64,000 nt of DNA from Eledone cirrhosa (Eukaryota), in contig OZ024741.1 in the NCBI GenBank assembly GCA_964016885.1, positions 36,704,001 to 36,768,000 of the forward strand. The letters run 5' to 3'. Every line of letters starts with the position of its first letter. The stretch's first letter is position 1. The notes beneath the pieces are model-generated. The model worked only from the letters and a program-made list of their open reading frames with translations, did not search any database and was not told the DNA's origin. Positions 13,051 through 26,300 of the stretch are shown here, in pieces. The position numbers were made by a program, and so were the translations under genes.

Positions 13051-13109
13051 GACCAATACAAGCAATGGTTTGTGTCACATGTTCAGATAACAGCTACTGA
13101 TGGAAACAG
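13051..13109 (+). CDS. ATP13A3: P5B ATPase exon
   Basis: tttttcag|GAC...AACAG|gtttgt; DQYKQWFVSHVQITATDGN (cf. DEFKMWF in ATP13A3); phase 0/2. Confidence 0.88.
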
Positions 13110-13251
13110 GTTTGTTTCACTCTTAACTTTTCTGTTTAGAATCAGCCAGTACCAATAAATACATGATCTGCTATGAAAATCAGAACTGGGTAAAATGTTG
13201 AAATGTTTAATCTTTTAACATTTACATTACTCTATATTTACTATTACTGTG

Positions 13252-13482
13252 AAGGCGCATGGCTTAGTGGTTAGAGCATTGGGCTTGCAATCGAAAGGTT
13301 GTGAGTTCAATTCTCGGACCGGGTGATGTGTTGTTTCCTTGAGCAAGACACTTTATTTCACCTTGCTCCAGTTTACGCAGCTGTAGAAATGAAATCACCC
13401 AAGACACCTCCAACGAGATATACCTTGGAGGAGGCCAGCTAAACCTGCATAGGTGTGAGCTGTAACAACAACAACAACAAAC
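13252..13482 (+). mobile_element. tRNA-derived CORE-like SINE
   Basis: A box TGGCTTAGTGG, B box GAGTTCAATTC, CORE-like CCTTGAGCAAGACACTT...CAGCTGTAGAAATG, and a (CAA)n tail. Confidence 0.75.
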
Positions 13483-13776
13483 ATATTTACTATTGTATTT
13501 TTGTGGTAAAGGCTTTACTTCATGTAATTATTTCACATAATATTGAATCTATGAGATTTTGATATTATATTTTGAGAAGAATACCTTAACATCAGTATGA
13601 GGGGCCGGCTCCGGCTGGTTTGAACAGAAAGAGGTGAGAATCTTAGCCAGATATGGCTGGTTTAAATGTTAACGGGTTAATCCTAATCCTTTTGTAACCA
13701 TATTTCTAATAAAAGACATTGCCTCTAATAGTTTAATCATTTTGGGAATATTAAAAAAAATGGAATCGATTTAGTA

Positions 13777-14254
13777 GGACATGTGATGCGTATGAAGAAT
13801 GACAGCTGCGTAAAAAGGTGTAGAGCACTAGAAGTCGATGGAAGCCGTGGAGTGGCAAGACCCAAGAAGACCTGGGATGAGGTGATAAAGCCAACCTTAC
13901 CCAATTGCACCTCTCAAGGGCGATGACACACGACCACGACCTCTGGCGTCACACAGTAATACAGAAGACCCGACTTCCCACAGGAACAAGCCGAAGCTGA
14001 AGCATATAGACAATATGCCCCACCCCCTCCCACTGCAAAGTGGTCGTGGAGGTGCCACGGCAAAAAAGCACCCAGCCCACACTGTAAAGTGGACGTGTAG
14101 GCACCACGGATAAAAAGCACCCAACACTCACTCTAAATGAGGTTGGTGTTAGGACATTGGTCAGCCGACTGGACACTGCCCACAACAGGACAACCCGTCT
14201 AACCCATGCTAGCGTGGAAGAACGGACGTAAAACGGTGATGATGATGATGATGA
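13777..14254 (+). mobile_element. 5'-truncated RTE LINE 3' fragment, same family as 48178-50708
   Basis: Encodes GHVMRMKNDSCVKRCRALEVDGSRGVARPKKTWDEVIKA; 3'UTR closely matches the 48.2-kb copy apart from a ~50-bp deletion; (GAT)n tail. Confidence 0.92.
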
Positions 14255-14432
14255 ACTTTCCCAATAATTAAGTGGGTGTTTGGAACATAACTTAACAAGG
14301 TTCTTGTATAAAATTGTGGTTTCCAGTTGGTTAGCATGAAGAAGGTTTAATTTTACTAACTCTTGGAATTGATTGTGTTCATGAAATTATTTAATTTATT
14401 TTTATTTTTTATATTTTCTCTATTTTCTCCAG

Positions 14433-14532
14433 CACCCACATTATCAAACCTACAGATGCATCCTTTTCCATTCATAAAGGCAAACTTTCCACTGCTGCAT
14501 ATTTACAACAAGGTTCAGCCATGGAACAGTTG
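14433..14532 (+). CDS. ATP13A3: P5B ATPase exon (poorly conserved loop)
   Basis: ttctccag|C...TTG|gtatgt; (S)THIIKPTDASFSIHKGKLSTAAYLQQGSAMEQL; phase 2/0 bridges the flanking exons exactly. Confidence 0.75.
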
Positions 14533-14559
14533 GTATGTCTCTAGAAACTGATATTTCTC

Positions 14560-14845
14560 TATCTATTTATGTATCTATCTATCTGTCTGTTTATTGTTTA
14601 TGTATCTCTGCAGTTTCGTGCACACACACACACACACACACACACATACATACATACAAACATGTGCGCACACATGCACACACACACAGTATCTATCTAC
14701 ATATTTTTCTCTGACTCTACCTCTCTCTCTCTTAAACACAGTATCTATCTATCTACCTATCTATCTCTACATATCTCCCCCCCCCTCTCTCTACACACAC
14801 CCACAGTATCTATCTATCTATCTCTACATATCTCTACACACATGT
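14560..14845. repeat. (CA)n / (TATC)n / (CT)n low-complexity tract
   Basis: Directly visible. Confidence 0.85.
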
Positions 14846-15606
14846 GCATTCTCTAGGGTGGTTGGCATTGGGAGGGGCATACAGCTGTAAAATATTTGGC
14901 AAACAAAGAGTTTCAAAGGCCCTTCAGTTGTGTCAAGGGCACAGCCTCCCTAGTGCTGATGTTACGATGGGATTTACTCAGTAAATTTTATAGCGTGGCT
15001 GGTATTAAGAAGGGTATCCCAACTGTGGAGAGCCTGCCAAATATGGGTTTATGGGGACTCTTCAGTTGTGCTGGAGGCAAGAAAGTCTCCCTAGTGTCAG
15101 TGTCATGATGGAGTGCACCCAGTACGCTCTGTAAAGTATAGGAACAGTAGTAAATGAGAAGTAGGCTCCTGCTTGTTTATGAAGACAGTGGCTCTGATTG
15201 AGTACTGAATTAATCTCTGACCACCCATCCTACCTATTCTAGCAAGCAAAGACAATAAATGATGATGTGTGTAGAAAATAGTTATTTTATGGAGACTTCA
15301 GCAATAGCAAATAGAACATTAAATATAAAAATACAACAACAAAGGTATTGAAATGTTACCTTGGAAATATTTAATTGGTCTTTGATATATTTCAGGGACA
15401 TACCCCTTGTCATAAGTAAAAAAAAAAGGCAGAAATGTAGTTATTAATTATGGTGGCATACTAAATAATTACTGGGGACCATGTAGTGTATGGGAAATAT
15501 GGGGGTTGCCACTTGTGTTCCATGGATTGCCACCACCACCACTGCTCTTTGATCCAATTTTAAATTATCCTCTATCATTATTTTATTTTTGCAATTTTTT
15601 TTCCAG

Positions 15607-15689
15607 CATATTCAATCAGTCCAGTTTTTTGTGAATAAGAAATTGAAATACATCTGGGACTCAGAATTGGGTAACTATAGGAAACTAAG
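15607..15689 (+). CDS. ATP13A3: P5B ATPase exon
   Basis: ttccag|CAT...CTAAG|gtaagg; HIQSVQFFVNKKLKYIWDSELGNYRKL (family pattern xFxxxxxKYxWx); phase 0/2. Confidence 0.88.
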
Positions 15690-16237
15690 GTAAGGTTCTA
15701 AAACAGTTTTTTCTTTTTTTTTCATGCAGGGCTGTTCAGTTGTGTCAAAGATATGACAGCCTCCCTAATGTAGGTGATCTACATGATAAATACAACCAGT
15801 ACACTCAGGAAAGTAGTTGGAAATAGGAAGGGCATCCTGTCATAAAAAGCTTGTCAAAAGGGCATCTTGTGTCAAAGAAATGACAGCGTCCCTAGTACTG
15901 GTGCCATGATAAGATGCACACGGTAAAGTGTGCCAGAGTGTATGAACACAAGATGCAGGTTCCCGACCTAAGTATTCAGCAGAGTGAGGGAACATATGTA
16001 AGCAAGATGCAGGGAAGATGGATGTTAAATGATGAAGAAGATATATTTCTTTTAACATCAGTTTATAGGGAATACTTATCGGCATGCAATATTTAGATTT
16101 AGTGTTTTTGTCACCTCTTAGACTTAGTAACACCATGTAGGTAGGTTACAACAATTGTGTTGTCACATGTTAGTAACACCATGTAGGTATGGTACATTCA
16201 GTGTCTTGTTACATATTAGTAACACCATGTTAGTAAC

Positions 16238-16349
16238 ATCAGTTCCTGTATGAGCAAGGCATGGTCAGCCGACCACACACTGGCCACAACAGGACAACTC
16301 GTCTAACCCATGCTAGCGTGGAAGCTAGTGAACGGTGATGATGATGATG
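16238..16349 (+). mobile_element. Very short RTE 3'-end insertion
   Basis: ATCAGTTCCTGTATGAGCAAGGCATGGTCAGCCGACCA...CCCATGCTAGCGTGGAAG...GATGATGATG matches the terminus of the 48.2-kb RTE. Confidence 0.85.
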
Positions 16350-16475
16350 TAGGTGGGTTACAACCAATGTGTTGTCACATGTAAGTAACACCATGTAGGT
16401 AGGAAATATTGTTTTGTTACATGTTAGTAACACATTTTAGGAAATAAACATAAGTAATGTTTTATTTTTTTTCAA

Positions 16476-17225
16476 ACAATATATCTCACATGTATCATAT
16501 GTAACAATATATCCCACATGTATCACATGTAACATTATATCTCACATGAACCACATGTAACAGTATATCTCACATGTGTCACATGTAACAGTATATCTCA
16601 CATGAACCACATGTAACAATATATCTCACATGAACCACATGTAACAATATATCTCACATGTATCATATGTAAGAATGTATCTCACATGTATCACATGTAA
16701 TAATGTATCTCACATGAACCACATGTAACAATGTATCTCACACGAACCACATGTAACAATGTATCTCACATGAACCACATGTAACAATGTATCTCACATG
16801 AACCACATGTAACAATGTATCTCACATGTAACAATATATCTCACATGAACCACATGTAACAATATATCTCACATGAACCACATGTAACTATATATCTCAC
16901 ATGTATCACATGTAGCAATGCATCTCACATGAACCACATGTAACAATGTATCTCACATGTATCACATGTAACAATATATCTCATATGTAACAATGTATCT
17001 CGCATGTATCATATGTAACAATGTATCTCACATGTATCACATGTAACAATATATCTCACATGAACCACATGTAAGAATGTATCTCACATGAACCACATGT
17101 AACAATGTATCTCACATGTATCATATGTAACAATGTATCTCACATGTATCACATGTAACAATATATCTCACATGTATCACATGTAACTATATCTCACATG
17201 TATCACATGTAACAATATATCTCAC
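16476..17225. repeat. 28-bp minisatellite with 18-bp shortened units
   Basis: Unit ACATGTAACAATRTATCTCACATGWAYC, about 27 copies. Confidence 0.95.
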
Positions 17226-17244
17226 TTTTAATTTCATTTCTCAG

Positions 17245-17319
17245 AGGATTGGAAGAAGACACATCTTTGTCCTTCTTCCATGATTGCAAAGGTCTTACAT
17301 CTGATGAGGTCATTCAATG
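17245..17319 (+). CDS. ATP13A3: P5B ATPase exon
   Basis: tttctcag|AGG...CAATG|gtaagt; (R)GLEEDTSLSFFHDCKGLTSDEVIQ (cf. GLDEG...GLT); phase 2/2. Confidence 0.9.
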
Positions 17320-20300
17320 GTAAGTAGACGTTTCTTTCTTTTTGACATTCTTTTTGACATTCTTTTAGATTTTTCAAAAATATTTGAGTTGTACTTATTT
17401 AGAAAGTGACTTCATCTTAGACTGTGTTGAAACTAAAGCAATTACATCATAGACCAGTCATTTAGAGCCTTCATCTTAGACTGTGTTGAAACTAAAGCAA
17501 TTACACCATAGACCAGTCATTTAGAGATTTCATCTTAGACTGTTGAAACTAAAGCAATTACACCATAGACCAGTCATTTAGAGCCTTCATCTTAGACTGT
17601 GTTGAAACTAAAGCAATTAGACCATAGACCAGTCATTTAGAGCCTTCATCTTAGACTGTGTTGAAACTAAAGCAATTACACCATAGACCAATCATTTAGA
17701 GACTTCATCTTAGACTGTGTTGAAAGTAAAGCAATTACATCATAGACCAGACATTTAGAGCCTTCATCTTAGACTGTTGAAACTAAAGCAATTACACCAT
17801 AGACCAGACATTTAGAGCCTTCATCTTAGACTGTGTTGAAACTAAAGCAATTACACCATAGACCAGTCATTTAGAGCCTTCATCTTAGACTGTGTTGAAA
17901 CTAAAGCAATTACACCATAGACCAGTCATTTAGAGCCTTCATCTTAGACTGTGTTGAAACTAAAGCAATTACACCATAGACCAGTCATTTAGAGACTTCA
18001 TCTTAGACTGTGTTGAAACTAAAGCAATTACACCATAGACCAGTCATTTAGAGCCTTCATCTTAGACTGTGTTGAAACTAAAGCAATTACATCATAGACC
18101 AGACATTTAGAGAGTTCATCTTAGACTGTGTTGAAACTAAAGCAATTACACCATAGACCAGTCATTTAGACCCTTCATCTTAGACTGTGTTGAAACTAAA
18201 GCAATTACACCATAGACCAGTCATTTAGAGCCTTCATCTTAGACTGTGTTGAAACTAAAGCAATTACACCATAGACCAGACATTTAGAGCCTTCATCTTA
18301 GACTGTGTTGAAACTAAAGCAATTACACCATAGACCAGACATTTAGAGACTTCATCTTAGACTGTGTTGAAACTAAAGCAATTACACCATAGACCAGTCA
18401 TTTAGAGCCTTCATCTTAGACTGTGTTGAAACTAAAGCAATTACACCATAGACCAGACATTTAGAGCCTTCATCTTAGACTGTGTTGAAACTAAAGCAAT
18501 TACACCATAGACCTGTCATTTAGAGACTTCATCTTAGACTGTGTTGAAACTAAAGCAATTACACCATAGACCAGACATTTAGAGACTTCATCTTAGACTG
18601 TGTTGAAACTAAAGCAATTACACTATAGACCAGTCATTTAGAGACTTCATCTTAGACTATGTTGAAACTAAAGCAATTACACCATAGACCAGACATTTAG
18701 AGACTTCATCTTAGACTGTATTGAAACTAAAGCAATTACACCATAGACCAGTCATTTAGAGACTTCATCTTAGACTGTGTTGAAACTAAAGCAATTACAC
18801 CATAGACCAGTCATTTAGAGCCTTCATCTTAGACTGTATTGAAACTAAAGCAATTACACCATAGACCAGTCATTTAGAGCCTTCATCTTAGACTGTGTTG
18901 AAACTAAAGCAATTACACCATAGACCAGTCATTTAGAGACTTCATCTGAGACTGTATTGAAACTAAAGCAATTACACCATAGACCAGTCATTTAGAGACT
19001 TCATCTTAGACTGTGTTGAAACTAAAGCAATTACACCATAGACCAGTCATTTAGAGACTTCATCTTAGACTGTGTTGAAACTAAAGCAATTACACCATAG
19101 ACCAGTCATTTAGAGCCTTCATCTTAGACTGTGTTGAAACTAAAGCAATTACACCATAGACCAGTCATTTAGAGACTTCATCTTAGACTGTGTTGAAACT
19201 AAAGCAATTACACCATAGACCAGTCATTTAGAGACTTTATCTTAGACTGTGTTGAAACTAAAGCAATTACACCATAGACTAGTCATTTAGAGACTTCATC
19301 TTAGACTGTGTTGAAACTAAAGCAATTACACCATAGACCAGTCATTTAGAGCCTTCATCTTAGACTATTGAAACTAAAGCAATTACATCATAGACCAGTC
19401 ATTTAGAGCCTTCTTCTTAGACTGTTGAAACTAAAGCAATTACATCATAGACTAGTGATTTAGAGCCTTCATCTTAGACTGTGTTGAAACTAAAGCAATT
19501 ACATCATAGACTAGTCATTTAGAGCCTTCATCTTAGACTGTTGAAACTAAAGCAATTACACCATAGACCAGTCATTTAGAGCCTTTATCTTAGACTGTTG
19601 AAACTAAAGCAATTACACCATAGACCAGTCATTTAGAGCCTTCATCTTAGACTGTGTTGAAACTAAAGCAATTACACCATAGACTAGTCACTTAGAGACT
19701 TCATCTTAGACTGTGTTGAAACTAAAGCAATTACATCATAGACCAGTCATTTAGAGACTTCATCTTAGACTGTGTTGAAACTAAAGCAATTACACCATAG
19801 ACCAGTCATTTAGAGAGTTCATCTTAGACTGTGTTGAAACTAAAGCAATTACACCATAGACTAGTCATTTAGAGCCTTCATCTTAGACTGTTGAAACTAA
19901 AGCAATTACATCATAGACCAGTCATTTAGAGCCTTCATCTTAGACTGTATTGAAACTAAAGCAATTACACCATAGACCAGACATTTAGAGCCTTCATCTT
20001 AGACTGTGTTGAAACTAAAGCAATTACACCATAGACCAGTCATTTAGAGACTTCATCTTAGACTGTGTTGAAACTAAAGCAAGTACACCATAGACCAGAC
20101 ATTTAGAGACTTCATCTTAGACTGTTGAAACTAAAGCAATTACACCATAGACCAGTCATTTAGAGCCTTCATCTTAGACTGTTGAAACTAAAGCAATTAC
20201 ACCATAGACCAGACATTTAGAGACTTCATCTTAGACTGTTGAAACTAAAGCAATTACACCATAGACCAGTCATTTAGAGCCTTCATCTTAGACTGTGTTG

Positions 20301-23300
20301 AAACTAAAGCAATTACACCATAGACCAGACATTTAGAGACTTCATCTTAGACTGTTGAAACTAAAGCAATTACACCATAGACCAGTCATTTAGAGCCTTC
20401 ATCTTAGACTGTGTTGAAACTAAAGCAATTACACCATAGACCAGACATTTAGAGACTTCATCTTAGACTGTTGAAACTAAAGCAATTACACCATAGACCA
20501 GTCATTTAGAGCCTTCATCTTAGACTGTGTTGAAACTAAAGCAATTACACCATAGACCAGTCATTTAGAGACTTCATCTTAGACTGTGTTGAAAGTAAAG
20601 CAATTACACCATAGACCAGTCATTTAGAGCCTTCATCTTAGACTATGTTGAAACTAAAGCAATTACACCATAGACCAGTCATTTAGAGACTTCATCTTAG
20701 ACTGTGTTGAAACTAAAGCAATTACACCATAGACCAGTCATTTAGAGCATTCATCTTAGACTGTGTTGAAACTAAAGCAATTACATCATAAACCAGACAT
20801 TTAGAGACTTCATCTTAGACTGTGTTGAAATTAAAGCAATTACATCATAGATCAGTTATTTAGAGCCTTCATCTTAGACTGTGTTGAAACTAAAGCAATT
20901 ACCCCATAGACCAGTCATTTAGAGCCTTCATCTTAGACTGTGTTGAAACTAAAGCAATTACACCATAGACCAGTCATTTAGAGCCTTCATCTTAGAATGT
21001 GTTGAAACTAAAGCAATTACACCATAGACCAGTCATTTAGAGCCTTCATCTTAGACTATGTTGAAACTAAAGCAATTACATCATAGACCAGTCATTTAGA
21101 GACTTCATCTTAGACTGTGTTGAAACTAAAGCAATTACATCATAGACCAGTCATTTAGAGACTTCATCTTAGACTGTGTTGAAACTAAAGCAATTACACC
21201 ATAGACCAGTCATTTAGAGCCTTCATCTTAGACTGTTGAAACTAAAGCAATTACACCATAGACCAGTCATTTAGAGACTTCATCTTAGACTGTGTTGAAA
21301 CTAACGCAATTACACCATAGACCAGACATTTAGAGACTTCATCTTAGACTGTGTTGAAACTAAAGCAATTACACCATAGACCAGACATTTAGAGACTTCA
21401 TCTTAGACTGTGTTGAAACTAAAGCAATTACACCATTGACCAGACATTTAGAGACTTCATCTTAGACTGTGTTTAAACTAAAGCAATTACATTATAGACC
21501 AGTCATTTAGAGACTTCATCTTAGACTGTGTTGAAACTAAAGCAATTACACCATAGAACAGTCATTTAGAGACTTCATCTTAGACTGTGTTGAAACTAAA
21601 GCAATTACACCATAGACCAGACATTTAGAGACTTCCTCTTAGACTGTGTTGAAACTAAAGCAATTACATCATAGACCAGTCATTTAGAGACTTCATCTTA
21701 GACTGTGTTGAAACTAAAGCAATTACACCATAGACCAGTCATTTAGAGCTTTCATCTTAGACTGTGTTGAAACTAAAGCAATTACACCATAGACCAGTCA
21801 TTTAGAGCCTTCATCTTAGAATGTGTTGAAACTAAAGCAATAACACCATAGACCAGTCATTTAGAGCCTTCATCTTAGACTGTGTTGAAACTAAAGCAAT
21901 TACATCATAGATCAGTTATTTAGAGCCTTCATCTTAGACTGTGTTGAAACTAAAGCAATTACACCATAGACCAGTCATTTAGAGCCTTCATCTTAGACTG
22001 TGTTGAAACTAAAGCAATTACACCATAGACCAGTCATTTAGAGCCTTCATCTTAGAATGTGTTGAAACTAAAGCAATTACACCATAGACCAGTCATTTAG
22101 AGCCTTCATCTTAGACTGTTGAAACTAAAGCAATTACACCATAGACCAGTCATTTAGAGCCTTCATCTTAGACTGTGTTGAAACTAAAGCAATTACACCA
22201 TAGACCAGTCATTTAGAGACTTCATCTTAGACTGTGTTGAAACTAAAGCAATTACACCATAGACCAGTCATTTAGAGCCTTCATCTTAGACCGTGTTGAA
22301 ACTAAAGCAATTACACCATAGACCAGTCATTTAGAGCCTTCATCTTAGACTATGTTGAAACTAAAGCAATTACATCATAGACCAGTCATTTAGAGACTTC
22401 ATCTTAGACTGTGTTGAAACTAAAGCAATTACACCATAGACCAGTCATTTAGAGACTTCATCTTAGACTGTGTTGAAACTAAAGCAATTACATCATAGAC
22501 CAGTCATTTAGAGACTTCATCTTAGACTGTGTTGAAACTAAAGCAATTACATCATAGACCAGTCATTTAGAGACTTCATCTTAGACTGTGTTGAAACTAA
22601 AGCAATTACACCATAGACCAGTCATTTAGAGCCTTCATCTTAGACTGTTGAAACTAAAGCAATTACACCATAGACCAGTCATTTAGAGCCTTCATCTTAG
22701 ACTGTGTTGAAACTAAAGCAATTACACCATAGACCAGTCATTTAGAGACTTCATCTTAGACTGTGTTGAAACTAAAGCAATTACACCATAGACCAGTCAT
22801 TTAGAGCCTTCATCTTAGACTGTGTTGAAAGTAAAGCAATTACACCATAGACCAGTTATTTAGAGCCTTCATCTTAGACTGTGTTGAAACTAAAGCAATT
22901 ACACCATAGACTAGTCATTTAGAGCCTTCATCTTAGACTGTTGAAACTAAAGCAATTACACCATAGACCAGTCATTTAGAGCCTTCATCTTAGACTGTGT
23001 TGAAACTAAAGCAATTACACCATAGACTAGTCATTTAGAGCCTTCATCTTAGACTGTTGAAACTAAAGCAATTACACCATAGACCAGTCATTTAGAGACT
23101 TCATCTTAGACTGTGTTGAAAGTAAAGCAATTACACCATAGACCAGTCATTTAGAGCCTTCATCTTAGACTGTGTTGAAACTAAAGCAATTACACCATAG
23201 ACTAGTCATTTAGAGCCTTCATCTTAGACTGTGTTGAAACTAAAGCAATTACACCATAGACCAGTCATTTAGAGACTTCATCTTAGACTGTTGAAACTAA

Positions 23301-26300
23301 AGCAATTACACCATAGACCAGTCATTTAGAGCCTTCATCTTAGACTGTGTTGAAACTAAAGCAATTATACCATAGACTAGTCATTTAGAGCCTTCATCTT
23401 AGACTGTTGAAACTAAAGCAATTACATCATAGACCAGTCATTTAGAGCCTTCATCTTAGACTGTTGAAACTAAAGCAATTACATCATAGACCAGTCATTT
23501 AGAGCCTTCATCTTAGACTATTGAAACTAAAGCAATTACATCATAGACCAGTCATTTAGAGCCTTCATCTTAGACTGTTGAAACTAAAGCAATTACATCA
23601 TAGACTAGTGATTTAGAGCCTTCATCTTAGACTGTGTTGAAACTAAAGCAATTACACCATAGACCAGACATTTAGAGACTTCATCTTAGACTATGTTGAA
23701 ACTAAAGCAATTACACCATAGACCAGACATTTAGAGACTTTATCTTAGACTGTATTGAAACTAAAGCAATTACACCATAGACCAGTCATTTAGAGACTTC
23801 ATCTTAGACTGTGTTGAAACTAAAGCAATTACACCATAGACCAGTCATTTAGAGCCTTCATCTTAGACTGTATTGAAACTAAAGCAATTACACCATAGAC
23901 CAGTCATTTAGAGCCTTCATCTTAGACTGTGTTGAAACTAAAGCAATTACACCATAGACCAGTCATTTAGAGACTTCATCTGAGACTGTATTGAAACTAA
24001 AGCAATTACACCATAGACCAGTCATTTAGAGACTTCATCTTAGACTGTGTTGAAACTAAAGCAATTACACCATAGACCAGTCATTTAGAGACTTCATCTT
24101 AGACTGTGTTGAAACTAAAGCAATTACACCATAGACCAGTCATTTAGAGCCTTCATCTTAGACTGTGTTGAAACTAAAGCAATTACACCATAGACCAGTC
24201 ATTTAGAGCCTTCATCTTAGACTGTGTTGAAACTAAAGCAATTACACCATAGACCAGTCATTTAGAGACTTCATCTTAGACTGTGTTGAAACTAAAGCAA
24301 TTACACCATAGACCAGTCATTTAGAGACTTTATCTTAGACTGTGTTGAAACTAAAGCAATTACACCATAGACTAGTCATTTAGAGACTTCATCTTAGACT
24401 GTGTTGAAACTAAAGCAATTACACCATAGACCAGTCATTTAGAGCCTTCATCTTAGACTATTGAAACTAAAGCAATTACATCATAGACCAGTCATTTAGA
24501 GCCTTCATCTTAGACTGTTGAAACTAAAGCAATTACATCATAGACTAGTGATTTAGAGCCTTCATCTTAGACTGTGTTGAAACTAAAGCAATTACATCAT
24601 AGACTAGTCATTTAGAGCCTTCATCTTAGACTGTTGAAACTAAAGCAATTACACCATAGACCAGTCATTTAGAGCCTTTATCTTAGACTGTTGAAACTAA
24701 AGCAATTACACCATAGACTAGTCACTTAGAGACTTCATCTTAGACTGTGTTGAAACTAAAGCAATTACATCATAGACCAGTCATTTAGAGACTTCATCTT
24801 AGACTGTGTTGAAACTAAAGCAATTACACCATAGACCAGTCATTTAGAGAGTTCATCTTAGACTGTGTTGAAACTAAAGCAATTACACCATAGACCAGAC
24901 ATTTAGAGACTTCATCTTAGACTGTGTTGAAACTAAAGCAATTACACCATAGACTAGTCATTTAGAGCCTTCATCTTAGACTGTTGAAACTAAAGCAATT
25001 ACACCATAGACCAGTCATTTAGAGCCTTCATCTTAGACTGTGTTGAAACTAAAGCAATTACACCATAGACTAGTCATTTAGAGCCTTCATCTTAGACTGT
25101 TGAAACTAAAGCAATTACATCATAGACCAGACATTTAGAGCCTTCATCTTAGACTGTGTTGAAACTAAAGCAATTACACCATAGACCAGACATTTAGAGC
25201 CTTCATCTTAGACTGTGTTGAAACTAATGCAATTACACCATAGACCAGTCATTTAGAGCCTTCATCTTAGACTGTGTTGAAACTAAAGCAATTACACCAT
25301 AGACCAGACATTTAGAGACTTCATCTTAGACTGTGTTGAAACTAAAGCAATTACACCATAGACCAGACATTTAGAGACTTCATCTTAGACTGTATTGAAA
25401 CTAAAGCAATTACACCATAGACCAGTCATTTAGAGACTTCATCTTAGACTGTGTTGAAACTAAAGCAATTACACCATAGACCAGTCATTTAGAGCCTTCA
25501 TCTTAGACTGTATTGAAACTAAAGCAATTACACCATAGACCAGTCATTTAGAGCCTTCATCTTAGACTGTGTTGAAACTAAAGCAATTACAGCATAGACC
25601 AGTCATTTAGAGACTTCATCTTAGACTGTGTTGAAACTAAAGCAATTACACCATAGACCAGTCATTTAGAGCCTTCATCTTAGACTGTGTTGAAACTAAA
25701 GCAATTACACCATAGACCAGTCATTTAGAGCCTTCATCTTAGACTGTGTTGAAACTAAAGCAATTACACCATAGACCAGTCATTTAGAGACTTCATCTTA
25801 GACTGTGTTGAAACTAAAGCAATTACACCATAGACCAGTCATTTAGAGACTTCATCTTAGACTGTGTTGAAACTAAAGCAATTACACCATAGACCAGACA
25901 TTTAGAGACTTCATCTTAGACTGTGTTGAAACTAAAGCAATTACACCATAGACCAGTCATTTAGAGACTTCATCTTAGACTGTGTTGAAACTAAAGCAAT
26001 TACACCATAGACCAGTCATTTAGAGCCTTCATCTTAGACTGTGTTGAAACTAAAGCAATTACACCATAGACTAGTCATTTAGAGCCTTCATCTTAGACTG
26101 TTGAAACTAAAGCAATTACACCATAGCCCAGTCATTTAGAGCCTTCATCTTAGACTGTGTTGAAACTAAAGCAATTACACCATAGACTAGTCATTTGGAG
26201 CCTTCATCTTAGACTGTTGAAACTAAAGCAATTACATCATAGACCAGACATTTAGAGACTTCATCTTAGACTGTGTTGAAACTAAAGCAATTACACCATA

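Noticed and set aside
13252-13325. tRNA gene
   Set aside because: A and B boxes are present, but there is no convincing cloverleaf and it runs into a SINE body; a second copy lies at ~57.1 kb.
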